Positions 36,057 through 48,169 are shown, counted from the first letter of the whole stretch. The stretch is 50,797 nucleotides of DNA, filler included, from Sphacelaria rigidula (GCA_964200075.2; 3 parts of 3 records of this genome joined end to end with filler, not necessarily neighbours in it), one strand, 5' to 3'. Numbers and translations: made by a program. Notes: generated by a model from the sequence alone, not told the origin.

Positions 36057-37024
36057 GCAAAGGCGTTGACGATCGGCAAGTTGATGGAGATTGCTCCCGG
36101 AGGCACGATGGACCCCACCCCCTTCATCTACGATTCTACGATGTACACAATGGCTGGCCTAATGGTGAGTTGCTGTTGTCACACGCCCTTCTGTTGACAT
36201 CTGTTGACGGCGCCCCAGTGGCTCAGTTGGTAACCTCGTAACCTTTTGACGGTTGAGTAGTGGGATTCGATTCCCGGAGCGATCTGGGATCTTTTCTCAC
36301 ACCATGCCCAATAGTGGAGAGCGACTATGTCGTGGGTACACAACATTCGACTTGAGGGTCGACGAGGGAAAGGGACTGCTGAACCCCTCTCGCGATAAAG
36401 AACAAAGGCGAGCACCGCAGAAGGAAGATGGGGTATTGGAAAAAATAAAAAATGAAAAGCTCCTGTGTTGACCTCCCTCCTGTGTGACCCCGGCTGATGC
36501 GCCCACACATACAAAAAGGTGTAGACTGGCGCCCAGAATAAATGGGACGACAACAATAGGAGGATGTACTGTATAGATCAACGTATGCTTCGAAGTGTGA
36601 TGTGAACGGTAGTGGATGTGGCCCGTGAAATGGACATGCCTCGAGCCATTTCTGGTGGCATCTTCCATGCCGAGATAGTTCAACTGTCGAGTTCGCAAGC
36701 GTCGCAATGCGAGTTGTCTAGCGGTGACCACCTTGCGTCCATCATTGCACTCGGCCCCCATGCCATACTCACCATCCTATATGCCCTCACCACCTTCTGG
36801 CCGTGTTTCCTTTATACTGTCCTCAGGGTGTGGCTGCTGTCGCACACTCCGTTGTCAAGCCGGTGAATCCCAAGTACTTTGAGAATGCCGACGCTCCCAT
36901 TGAGGTTGAGTCAATAATGCACACCTCAGCTGCTCCAGGTCTTGCTGCGTTCGGCAAGGGAGGCATGCCGACATCTATGTACTCTCACATGGTCCCAACC
37001 TCGGCTCTTCCCCGTAAACAGTAG
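36057..37024 (+). CDS. Major facilitator superfamily transporter (oxalate/formate-antiporter-like), last two exons
   Basis: Exon 36057-36164 (tcgtag|AKALTIGKLMEIAPGGTMDPTPFIYDSTMYTMAGLM|gtgagt) joins in phase 0 to terminal exon 36827-37024 (pyrimidine tract plus cag|GVAAVAHSVVKPVNPKYFENA...ALPRKQ*). The DPTPxxYxxTMYxMAGL...KPV segment resembles the last helix of stramenopile OFA-like MFS proteins as recalled. Upstream exons were not found in this contig. Confidence 0.75.
36209..36556 (+). mobile_element. tRNA-derived SINE family A copy in the last MFS intron
   Basis: Closely similar to 28945-29309, with A box TGGCTCAGTTGG, B-box-like GATTCGATTCC and an ACAACAA tail. Confidence 0.88.
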
Positions 37025-38017
37025 TGCGGCGTGGTGTTGAGTTTTTTTCTATCGAGCCTAGAGCTGGTTCTAGGCTCTCCACATGCCTCTAGTACTGGAA
37101 TATAACAGCGGTACCGGGCATGCACGTAAAGTTTTGTACACAGAACCATATATTTTTGTTCGAATATAGTCGGTACACTTACGCGCTCCGGCGCGATGCC
37201 GGTTGAATTTGCTGCATCAGGGAGAACAAAGATGATCGGCGACGCGAAAGGAAGCTGTTTGTCCTTCTTTCTCCGCGCCTAGAGACCGCCCTTTTCGATC
37301 TGTACGCCCCAAGTGTCGGATGTTTATTTTTGTGTACATTTAGGGCCCGGAAGGCTGCCCTTGTACTGCTTGCGTGTGGATGGTTTTTTTTTATGAGCAC
37401 ATTGCAAGGCGTATTCATTTTTATTGACATTCGGCATGACGGTGTAGTAATATTCTGGGTTCCCCCGATTGGTTTTGGTGTGTCGAAATTGTGTAAGGCC
37501 ACCAAAGTGACGAATGCGTACTCGAGAGGGGATGGTTGGCAGGTGGTGAGCAATAGTGTGCGTCGTAATACTTGGTAGTTTAGGTGGTAGGCAGAGCCTA
37601 GGTTGTTTTTTTTCTCTTCGCTGCGGTAGCCTCCGCCACCTTATTGCAACATGAGCAAATGCGCGTTGTCATGTGTTTTACACAGCGGTGAGAGGGCCAT
37701 CAGGTTTTGACATGTGCAGACCCCTTTTACCCGAAGTATTTCAGAAGGTGGTACCACTAACGGGGAAAGTTGTGATGACCCTTGCATTCGTTTGTTCCGC
37801 GTACGAGTTGGGCCAGCGGATAGTGATTTTTCATGTTTTGGTATCCGGCGGTGGTAAATTCGAGGAGTTGGGCGCTGAAATTCAAGCAAGAACTGGAAAA
37901 CCGTCATAATTCCATGAAAGTGAAGAAAATGGCGCGGCGTCTCTAAGAATGTTGTACGCACTTGCGTGAAAGAGATCCTGATGAAATTTCGGCCAAAACA
38001 ATTGTGACACCGCTGCG

Positions 38018-38086
38018 GGTCGGTGGTCAAACTGACACAAGAGCCTCGAATTATACAGGTCACAAGTTCGAATCCCGGCACGACCA
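38018..38086 (+). pseudogene. Degenerate tRNA-like sequence (tRNA pseudogene or isolated SINE head)
   Basis: GGTCG...CGACCA acceptor-like ends, TGGTCAAACTG A-box-like sequence and a GTTCGAATCC T-loop. The anticodon and T stems do not pair properly. Confidence 0.45.
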
Positions 38087-38784
38087 TCCCCCCCCCCCAT
38101 TATCTGGCTTCTTTATTATGGTGCATAATCCGGCATTTTCCCCCCCTCTTAGCACGTGGTTCCCGTCGTAGACTTCATTTTTTTATACCAAACAGTCTCC
38201 AAAATGGTTGATGGCTGCACTTTCGTACAAGCTGTCCGGAACATGTGTGAAGCGGTCTTTCTCGCCTCAGTGTTGCTTCGGTTTTTCACCAAGGCCTATA
38301 TGTAAGCAAGTGTCTGCTTTTGAGGAGTCCCAACTGCAAAAAATTCAGTTTCAAGTAGTATGTCTCCCTCTCACGGTGGAATATGACAGCTGGCTCGGAA
38401 GCAGGTCCTTTCCCACGATGGAGCTGTTGACGAGCTTGTTGCCTGTGCGACGCAATTTTTTATCCTAATTCCACCGCATCTTGTGAAACGAAACGTCTCC
38501 AAACACGTTTTCACACAACGACAGGAGACGTACCCGGTACTGAATGCAGTACAATGACATCATGGCCAAAACTGCGCCAATCGACCAGCGGCAGAGCCGT
38601 GCGTTACCAGGTTGGTATACAGTTCTCAGCGATATCCTCAAGTCGGGCTGATTTGGGAAACTTGAGAAGTTGTGGTGTGATACGCGTATGTGGGGTTTAC
38701 GGCTGGCACAGCTTATGAACATCTTGGATCCACGTTCAGCACACCATTATGTTGAGTAATTACACCTCACAGCTTTACGTCGCC

Positions 38785-41700
38785 TCACAATCGCAAACGA
38801 CAGCTCGGTCGACCGACAAACTTCCCTCCAGTCAAGCTCATGGACGACCCGGCGGAGCGCGGAACGACTGCGGGAGGGACCCGCGATTTCACCCCACTAC
38901 GAGGAGGTTTCAGTTGCGACCCCGCACCAGCGTTCGTTGCTTCTGTTTTTCCTAGCACGGGGGTGTGTGGCATGGCCGGTGTTTTGGTTGCCTGTCGCCA
39001 TGCATCGGGACGCGCTGGTGACGTCCTCCGTGCCCGCCTCCCTCGCCCTCCACTGCTCGTACGTTCCCCACGCCCTCGTCCGTCGTCAGCTTGTACGAAG
39101 GGTTTTTTGTAAGGTTGCGTTTTCACCCCTCGTGGTTGCTTGTGCGATGAGGGGTCGTCAGGGTTGCACCAGGGTTCGCACGAAGCCGACGACGCACCTG
39201 CCATACTGCTCACCCTGATTTTGAGATTTCGTTTTAGGGGAGGGTACGTTTCGTGTGGCGGTCGCGGTGGGTAATTTCTTGCTTGCGCAGAAGCATCCTC
39301 GCAGGAATCCATGTAGGTAATTCTCCACGCCTCCCTGAAGGAAAGCATGTCACATGAAGCGCAGCGGTCGCGAGGAGAAGGGCAGGTACGCGATCGCACG
39401 TGAGCTACTGTGCTTGCGGTGCTTTTTTTTTGCCCAACTAGTTGCCGACCGTTGCGCCGAACACTACACATACTGCATGAAGAAAATCAAATAATCATGA
39501 TTGCATGCGCCATAGACCAGCACATCACTCCGCGGGTTTGAAAAGCAAATAGCCAAAATGGGAGGTCAGGCGTAGCTAAGAATGCTTCCGTCGATGAGTA
39601 CCCAACCCAACCTGTGTGTTCCCAGTCACGCAAGACTCGTCCAACGAATACAAACGGCAACAATGGAGAGAGAACATGGAGATATCACAAATAACACCGC
39701 CCTCGATGATATTTGTCGACATATCCCACCACTGATGTGCGTAGTCAGAGCAATATTTCGCCATCGCTATGTTACGCATGATCGAAAAATGAGACTATTT
39801 CAGTGGAATTGCGCGATGCTCTGTGCAGGAGGACACAGTACTCACCTGGCGTGAGAGGAAGAAAACTGAGCAAGTTCCTTGGGCGCCTCAGATTGCACAG
39901 CCTTGAACAAGTTCGTTAAAAATTCCGTGCTGTTCGGGCGCATTGACTTCAAAACGTCAAACACCGGATTTCCCGGCTTCACGAGCGGTCTCAACCTGTA
40001 GGGCAGATATCGGGTACCCATCTCCGTCAAGGGCATCAAGCACAAACAGCTCACGCCGCTCGGCATAGGCGGTGCGCGAGAAATCGGTGGAACTATGCGA
40101 GCGAGGCGCTCTGGATCTTGTCCCTTGATCCATTCGACGATTTCTGCGCACGATGGGCCATACGGCTTGCCATACTGCCAGTAGTAATCCGGGGGGTAGC
40201 CGTCAACATACATCTGCACACACATACATATACAACGAGGTTTTGGATTGCACACATAAACAGAGAACGAGCTTTGGAGTTGGAGTACACACGTACAACA
40301 GGAATGACCACGTGTAAGTCAGTCCCTCACGACATGTACGAAACGAGTAAGCCAAGATGATGGAGCGCACGAGCTACTGTTGCTTGTACAGAGGATCCAA
40401 AAGGAGCGAGCGCGTCGAGCCCGAGCTTGGTGAGGCCATGGAGCTCGAATAAAACGTATGCAGACTTTCGAATACGATCGTGGGATACACGACTGAGTGG
40501 TGTGCCTCAGTGTACGCTGAAGACGATGGGCACCTGAAGGTTCCACACAAGTCCCGTGAGGTAGGTTTCCACGCTGTACCACTCTTGTTCCCCTTTCCCG
40601 CCAGGAGCTTGCGTTTCGGACTTCTGGCTCACGGTCGAACTTCCTTTCTCCGTCCGTCCCTGCAACGCAATACCAAACACCCGTGACTCACTCGTCCAAA
40701 GCTCAAGCGTTCGTCGTCTTATGGAGGGTTTTGAGGTGGGTACGTTCTATCTCTAGGCGGATGGTAAGCCAAACAAATCGCCCAATGAAAAACTGTGTGG
40801 ATCCACAAACGCCGCCACGATCTTGCCTTATTCGAGCCGTTCTTGACATGTCGGGCAGCTTCCCGATCCAGGTCTTCCTCTCTTTTGCGGGCAGCTTCTA
40901 TGTCCAGATGCATCTCATATACATCTGGTTGACAAGAGAGAGAACAAGCGGTAAATGTTTACTAACCCCAACCCTACTCTGCATGTATGCAACAGCAAAA
41001 AATTCAGCACAAAACGGCAAGGGCGCCTGCAGTTTCCCTGCCGATACTTTGTTCTGGAATGAAAATTTTATAAGAGTGGCATGATGCCTGGGCGAGGTCG
41101 CCCCCTCCCCATCCCCACGGAGATGGCCGTAGTTGATGTCATTCGCCAACCGACGGTCTTCGACCAATCAAATTATGGTTGAAAAAAACGATCATCAGGG
41201 AGACTGGGAACACCTCAACCCGTCTCTCTCTCCGCTTGTGCGTCTACGCTCTACTTCGAAGATAATATTCACGGACCCTGCCAAAAAAATTGCGGGCCTT
41301 ACGCAAGTGTTCCCCCAGTACTCATTTGCGTATCAGCAACAAGAGCGCTGACCGTGACATCACAGCACTACCCGTCCCCCGCTCTCCTCGGTGCTCACCT
41401 GGGAGAAGTTCTTTCAGTAGCATCGCCGCAGCCTCGCGCTTGGCCATGAATTTCGCGTTGCATGTGTGAACCCAGCTGTAGCTTTTCCCGTCAATAGCTG
41501 CGGCCGATCGCCACCGAGGCGTTGCTCCTCCGTCCACACTATCCTCCTGCGCGGCATCAACGACTATTTCCACCCTTTCCTGTCCGAGCCTACCCGCTTG
41601 CACCGCCTTCCCATGGATACACACGAACATAACAGAACGACAACCCGTATCATCCTGAGTAGGGGTTCGGCGGTCCACACCCAATTCCATCACGAAGTTC

Positions 41701-44620
41701 AACAGCAGTCGCCCGAGATCGTACAATTGCTGGCGATAACATAGCGCGTGGCATAGAAGCGGAAAGCCCATCATGTCACTTTAGAGGCGACAAATTCAGA
41801 GACTTGAACGTCGGGTATCGTACTGCAAGTATAGGGCGAATGTGAGGCTCCTATACTAGATGGCGATGTGCCTATCCGCGGTATGCCATCATCATTCAAA
41901 GTTAGCGCAAAACAAGAAAATCAAGAGGTGCTTTAACATTTCTCAACCCATGTACGTGAAGCGGTACTGCTGCTTAAGCCTAACGACGAAAGCTTCCAAT
42001 AAACACCCAACATGCGTGCACGATACTGACATCCTGAAAAGAGGATGAGGTGGCATACATGAATGACTACGGTGTTCGTCACTAACCTTGTGAAAGAGAA
42101 CCACAGACGAGGGGTATTTCTTGGCCTTCTCGACTTCGGCAGCGCTTGAGACAGGTCTGACCTTTGCCACGGCCGAAAAATATTCCACAATAAAGTCCCA
42201 GTTGAAGCTCCGCGCCGACCCATCCACGAGATAGAAGTGCCCTTTCTGGCTGTTGGGCGCACGCAGGCGATCGTGGGCAGGGGTTTTAGGAGAGGTTAAG
42301 CAAACTTATCGTACATCACTGACCGAAACAGATGCCGTGTCTGACTACCGTATCTGTCGTGTACACGTGGTGGGACTACGCCCTTCACCCAGTGCTTCCC
42401 ATATAAAAAAAAAACCGCAGTGCTGACTGATTCCCGCACTTGTTGTCAGTACCACGGGTGTTTTAACGTCCGGAGGTCAAAAACTGCGCCGCAACAGCTG
42501 TCATCCGTTTCACTGGCCATCGAGTCACCTTTGTGCGGCTCGCCGCTTGATGTCTAGATAGGTGCGGTAACAGATGCCAAAGTCCATGCCCCTGATGCTG
42601 GGGAGGTAGTCGTTTCCATTGAGCACCATGAGAAGCATTAGGTCTGCTCGAATATACTCCGATTGACCCGGAAATAGTTTATCGAGCGAGCGTACAACCT
42701 CCCATAGGGACGTTACGCGTCCCATACGCTTGCGTTCCTCGGTATATATGAACAAGTCCTTCACCTTCATTTTACACACGCAAGATCATCAAGGACGGCG
42801 GCAAGGGCAACCCCAAGTGAGATAGATGTGCATCATACACCATGAAAATATCTTCATGGACGCACAGAAACACGACAAGGATATGAGATGGCTCTAGGAA
42901 TGGCGCGCTGCGGACGCCATTTGAAGGAAGACATCCACCGCAAGCCCGGACAAGAAATGGTTTACCGAGAAAAAGGCTCTACTGTGGTGTCACCTCATGT
43001 ACTTACTCTACAGGATAAAATGGTAGAGCGCACTCGCCTCACTGAGCGCCAGACCCTGCAGGACTAGATCGGCATCTCCCCCGATCAAGACGGTACTCTC
43101 CTCTTGCTGGGGTGAGGAATTGCGTTTGATCCAGTCGATGATTTTCAGCTCCCCTTCGCCCGCTACGTGCGCCCCGGAAACGTAAAACTTAACTGTCGAG
43201 AACCTTCACGGGGATTACGTGGGTAACAAAACAGTTCAGCACAATGGGATATAAAAAATATGCCTACGTGAGATCCTGCAATAGTCGACATGCGCAAGAC
43301 ACAGCCACCTGACAAATGTCGGAAAAGGAAACACGGTTCTGGAGAGCTATGGCATGGCTATTCCTGACAAGCCGAATGTTGCGGTTACTGCACTGTGACA
43401 ACTTATATTTACACCAGGCTACTTGATGCTGATTATGGACCGAAGCTGCTCACGATGGGGTGTTGACCTTTCTGTACGCATAGTATTCCATCGCATAGGC
43501 CACCCTCTCCATGAAATCCGTCCCGGGAGATATTACAAGGGGGCTGAGGTTCCTGCTCTTGAGGCTTTTGGAATCCTCGCGCCGCTTCCTTTGGAGGAGG
43601 ATCTTGGCCAGAGGAGCGCTGCAAGCACATAAACACACCATTGTGCAACAAATGCGTGTCGGCAAGAAAGCCAGCACGGCGTGGTTAGCCAATTGCTGGG
43701 TGCTGAATTGCAGTTGCCTCGTGTGGTGAAATAAATGTTCACGATGTCGAAGGAAAAGAGGAACATTAATTCACTCCAGGGATAGGCAACACCCGTGAAA
43801 GACAAGCGGGGTTATTAAATTTGCCAAAATTATTTACACATATAGTTCGTATATATATCAAGAACAAGTAGAGCAGGACCACGGATTAGCTCAGCTACGT
43901 ATGCATCGCTGCTTGATGCAGGGGGCTACGAGCGGCAAGATTTCGAGCTATTTTCTTGCGCCTTTTGTCGTGCGAAACTATGGAAGGGGTGTTATCCATC
44001 GTCACTCATAGGTACAGTAGCGATTTTCACCTTCCATCGAAAGCAAACACAACGCTCTTCGAAGGCTTGCACCGTTTGAGAAGACCATCCACCTTCCCCA
44101 GAATTCTAGTGATAGCTTCGTCTTCCGTCACCACCGATCTCACGCACAGATGAAGAATCTGCAAACGAGATAACACAGGGTGAATCATTGAAGTTGTTGA
44201 GGAACTGTGTCATCTGCTCACCTCAACATGTTATATATGATAGTACACTGCAACGCAGTACCTAACCCTAACCCTAACCCTAACCCTAACCGTCATGTTT
44301 CTCAAAGATGACCTAGCCTGTAGACTTGGACTGCTGCATGTACGGCAGGGAAGTTGAGATCAGGATGGCACGAGCAATCACAGAGACGACGCACATTGTA
44401 CTGTACTATTTGTGAACTATACCTTGTATAACACATGTGTCACCTGATTCATGTCAAAACAGACGTGGTCGAAGCAGTCGACCTGCCCTGCCTTGGTCTG
44501 CGTTACAGCCGAACTAAACTCGATATTAAACCACTTGTGGAAGCCATCTACACCAGCATTGATAGTTCTACCGAAGCACAAAAGTAGAAAAAAGCAGAAA
44601 GCTCTCCCGTTTCCACGCAT
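38785..44620 (-). CDS. XRN-family 5'-3' exoribonuclease with N-terminal extension and internal dsRBD-like domain, about 794 aa, 11 exons
   Basis: Exons on minus: 44620-44444, 44158-44031, 43618-43454, 43203-43038, 42764-42529, 42249-42087, 41606-41399, 40924-40827, 40659-40534, 40213-39846, 39334-38785. They total 2,385 nt and stay in frame to a TGA. XRN motifs appear in order: GVDGFHKWF, FDHVCFDMNQILH, FAFDGSAPLAKILLQRKRR, ISPGTDFM, VSGAHVAGEGELKIIDWI, GGDADLVLQGL, LNGNDYLP, YLTGLVWNLQMYVDGYPPDYYWQY, CLMP. The start codon and two GC donors are less certain. Confidence 0.9.
44261..44291. repeat. Interstitial telomeric repeat, about five CCCTAA units, in XRN intron 1
   Basis: cctaaccctaaccctaaccctaaccctaacc. 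Confidence 0.9.
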
Positions 44621-45172
44621 GATCAGTGTCGCAAAAAAATTGCTTCGCTAACATGTGCTATTGTACTGTGCGCATGAAGGCCCTGCCAGCTGCTGTTCCT
44701 TTCGAGAGGAATGATGTGCAATGGGCAATGCGGTTAAATTACAGAATCTGTGCAGGCCGAACCGGTCATTTTCCAATGTGTATCCGACTTGCAGCCGAGA
44801 CAGGGAGATCCGAGATCCGATAAGCCATCTCCTTGTACAGTACCACAAAACCCTGATAAAAGTGGTGCTTATGCTGCACAAGATCGACCTAATCACCATC
44901 GCAAGCGAGGGTAGGCGAATGTATTTCCGAACATCAGTATACTTTTTCCACACCATGCGGCGATAGTAGCACAGACAACACAGCCAGCCTCCGGGTTGCT
45001 TTCGCCGGGAAGAGGACTGCGGAACACAACAACAGGCACTGCAACGGTAGGATCCGCGCAGGGTGTAGATTCGGAGTGTTGTCGCTGCGCACACTTTTGG
45101 TACCCAGAGAGACAAAGCAGCCCGCGATCCTGTTAGTGGGCAGCACATGGCAGCTGCAGATGAGAGCTAGGT

Positions 45173-45382
45173 ATGATGGTGGATGAACACGACAGTGGAA
45201 ACGGGACGAATACAGAGAGCTCCGATCAGCCGAGAGTCACAAATGGGAACCTGAGCACACAAGCAGCTGAAGAAGAGTCCACCCAACGAGATAAAACCCA
45301 AGGTGTCACGAAAGCAAGCACAGGCAAACAAGAGGCAAGTTGCGGTCTGGCCAAAGACACCCTTTTTTTGATTGAAGAAGAG
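45173..45382 (+). CDS. Possible first coding exon of an unknown gene, head-to-head with the XRN gene
   Basis: ATG-initiated 70-codon acidic/polar frame (MMVDEHDSG...LFLIEEE) ending at a strong phase-0 donor GAG|gtacgc, about 550 bp upstream of the XRN start. No homology recognised and no downstream exon identified. Confidence 0.35.
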
Positions 45383-48169
45383 GTACGCCAAGAGGGCATC
45401 ACAATTTGATATGTGGAACCCCCCTCCCCAGCTTCTACGACCCGGGGATGGGAGAGGAGGATGTCGAAAAACAATCCTGATATCATCACTGTGACCCGTG
45501 TTGTCGGCTGCAGGGACGGTACGAAGGTGTCAAGTGAAGTTTTGCCTTTGAAACATGTATGCGATTGAGTGAGATGCGGGAGATGCGGAGGGACAACGTG
45601 GATGATCTGGGGAGGCCCACCCGTCTGACCCGCGGTCACTTTCGAACGAAATGGTGAAATGGTCGGTCATTTAGGCCGCTTCTAAGAATGATACGACAAA
45701 AAACTTTCCAAGAAGAAATGACCTTTGTGGCGAGTTAGGGCCAGTTTTTGCCGTACAGTAACATGGGCCTTGGCGGATTTTGCCTCCTCGGAAAGAGTTG
45801 CTATAATTTCCAAGCGGATCCCAGCACACTTTTCCCAATATTTCGTGCGCCCAGTCGCACGGTTCTGCCATACTATCGATTTCTCAAACAGCCCCAGTGA
45901 TATCTTGTCTCTTTGAATTTGCACTTGTCTTTTGGGATAACTCGAAGATATTTGTGGCTTGTTTGAGAAATTGCTACGAGCTGGGCCACGCTAAAAACGG
46001 ATTTAAGCTCTAAAAGCGATATGTCATCGACACAGACGAGTTGGGCCGTGATCCGCATAATATCGTCATCGTCGAATCAAGGGGGAGGTGCCTATCTGCT
46101 CAAAAGTCTGGGCCAATATTTTCTCGTCGATCAAACCCCATGTCAAGTCATTCCTATACCGTACGGACATAGCGTTCACACTTAAATCTATATGAAACCC
46201 CGAACGATACATTCAGCGGATGATGGCGATTTTTGGTGTGGACCTTCGCTGGAGCACGGGGAGACGATAGATCCCTTCAACCTCACCTAATTCGTAATAT
46301 ATCTCGAGATATGGCGCACATGATTTTCCGTACTAAAATCAATAAATATTACGAGCAGAGGCACTAGATGTCCTAAATCTGAATATCGCGTTTCAATTCT
46401 TGAGAGTTGTGCTATGAAATTTTGCATGAAGAACCGCTATTTAGTGTATAGTGAAATAAACAAAACAGCCTTTATCTTTTTTTCTTTTTTTTCCCCCTTT
46501 TTTTCCCGTTTTTCTCGTGTGTTTTAGTTGGGCTATGAACTCGCTGCCCTGACCAGTAAGTTTAAACTGGCCGCTGGCGCGGGCAGTACATCGATGTTTT
46601 CCCAGTTATAATCGGCTAAGAAGGCGATAAACTGGGGAAACATCGACGGCGAGCGGCGAAGCTGCGAGCCGCAAACGCCCCCCCCCGGCTGGTGAGGGGA
46701 CCCCGCGGGAGCGCCACCAGAGGCGGGAAAAATTGCCGTATGTAGCTTGTTTTTCCTTCAAAAATGTTTTAAATTGTCGAAAATGTGCAAGGGTCGGACA
46801 AAGCAATGATTTGTCTGAAAATTACTTGGTTTTAGTGTAATGGATTCGAATCGTACGAATCAATCCCTAGTCTTTGTTTCCAGCGTTGCAACCCAGGTAC
46901 ACGTAGCCCAGACACGTGGAATGGCGCAAAAGTTGCGTGGATACCCCTTGGACCAGCAGTCAACTTATTTCTCCCTTTCGGGCAATCAGGCCGAAGATAT
47001 GGTGGATCTGGTGATTTTGATTCGTGATGAGTCGTCCTAACCGTGAAAATGTGACCCTTCACATTGAGGAGCTAAAAGTCTTAGATGGCATTCAAATCCC
47101 ATTCAAGGCGGTGAGCGATTCGAAAATCATTCATCTGTAATAGTAATATCCAGCAGCAGACTCTCCGTGAGGAGAGGATGAGGCAAACAAGCCATGGCGA
47201 TAAGGTATGCTGAATGATTTTTTTAAACCTTCATTTTTTCTTGAGGGGGGAGAGGTTCGGGCGTTCTTGTAAAAAAATGGTCGTTACCATACTAAAACGC
47301 CCTAAACCAGTGAAGAAAAACAGGAAAGAAATGACACAGTTTTCTTGATTCATTATGCCCTACTGTAGCGAGGTCCCACACAAAACTTCAATACACAAAT
47401 ATCAAACATGGGCCGGTAAGTGGTCTGCAAAATTCTGTACCCAATATTACCGACCCCGTTTTTAAACGGTCCATTCGTAATTCAATACTTGAAAGTTGGA
47501 CTCTAAACTTCGGTATAGACAATCAAAAGGGCAAAATAAAAATGTTATTCGTGGACTAATATTTTTTTTGTCCATGAGTTAGAGGCAATAATTTGTTTTC
47601 AGGTTTCAGTACAGACTGGTTCACGCACAAGACCCAAGTTCTGTCATCAGTAAATGCCTTCTGCAATACGCACCCAATCATCGCATACATGGTATCATAC
47701 TAACCGCAATCAACAGACGAAGAGGGTGACATAGCCGGATTATTGTTTAAGGCTAGAGCGGTGGCGCCATGGACAAAAACGTGTCTCGACCAATCAGCGC
47801 CTTTCAAATTGTTCCAAAATTGAAAATACGAATTCCAAGCCCAATTTCCACCGAATCTCCACATGCTTTAAATCGTAGTGACCGTCATCGCCTCAGGAAT
47901 CTAACGAGAGAAACAGATTTGAAAAACGGGTCCAGCGGGGTCGAATTATACCCGAACCCGAATGTTACGGTGATGTGGAGTTTGGCGTCGTCTGATTTCC
48001 ACTCATGATACGCAGGAAAGACTCAGAGAGTCTCGTGACGATTTCCTTTATATCTGTTGCAGAAAAGCTCAGATCATCGTCAAACTTGGCAGTTCCGTAG
48101 GTATTGATGCTCCAAATGAAAAAAAAAAATGTGTTCTTGGCAAGAGGTCAAAGTGTCTCCGTTCTCTAC

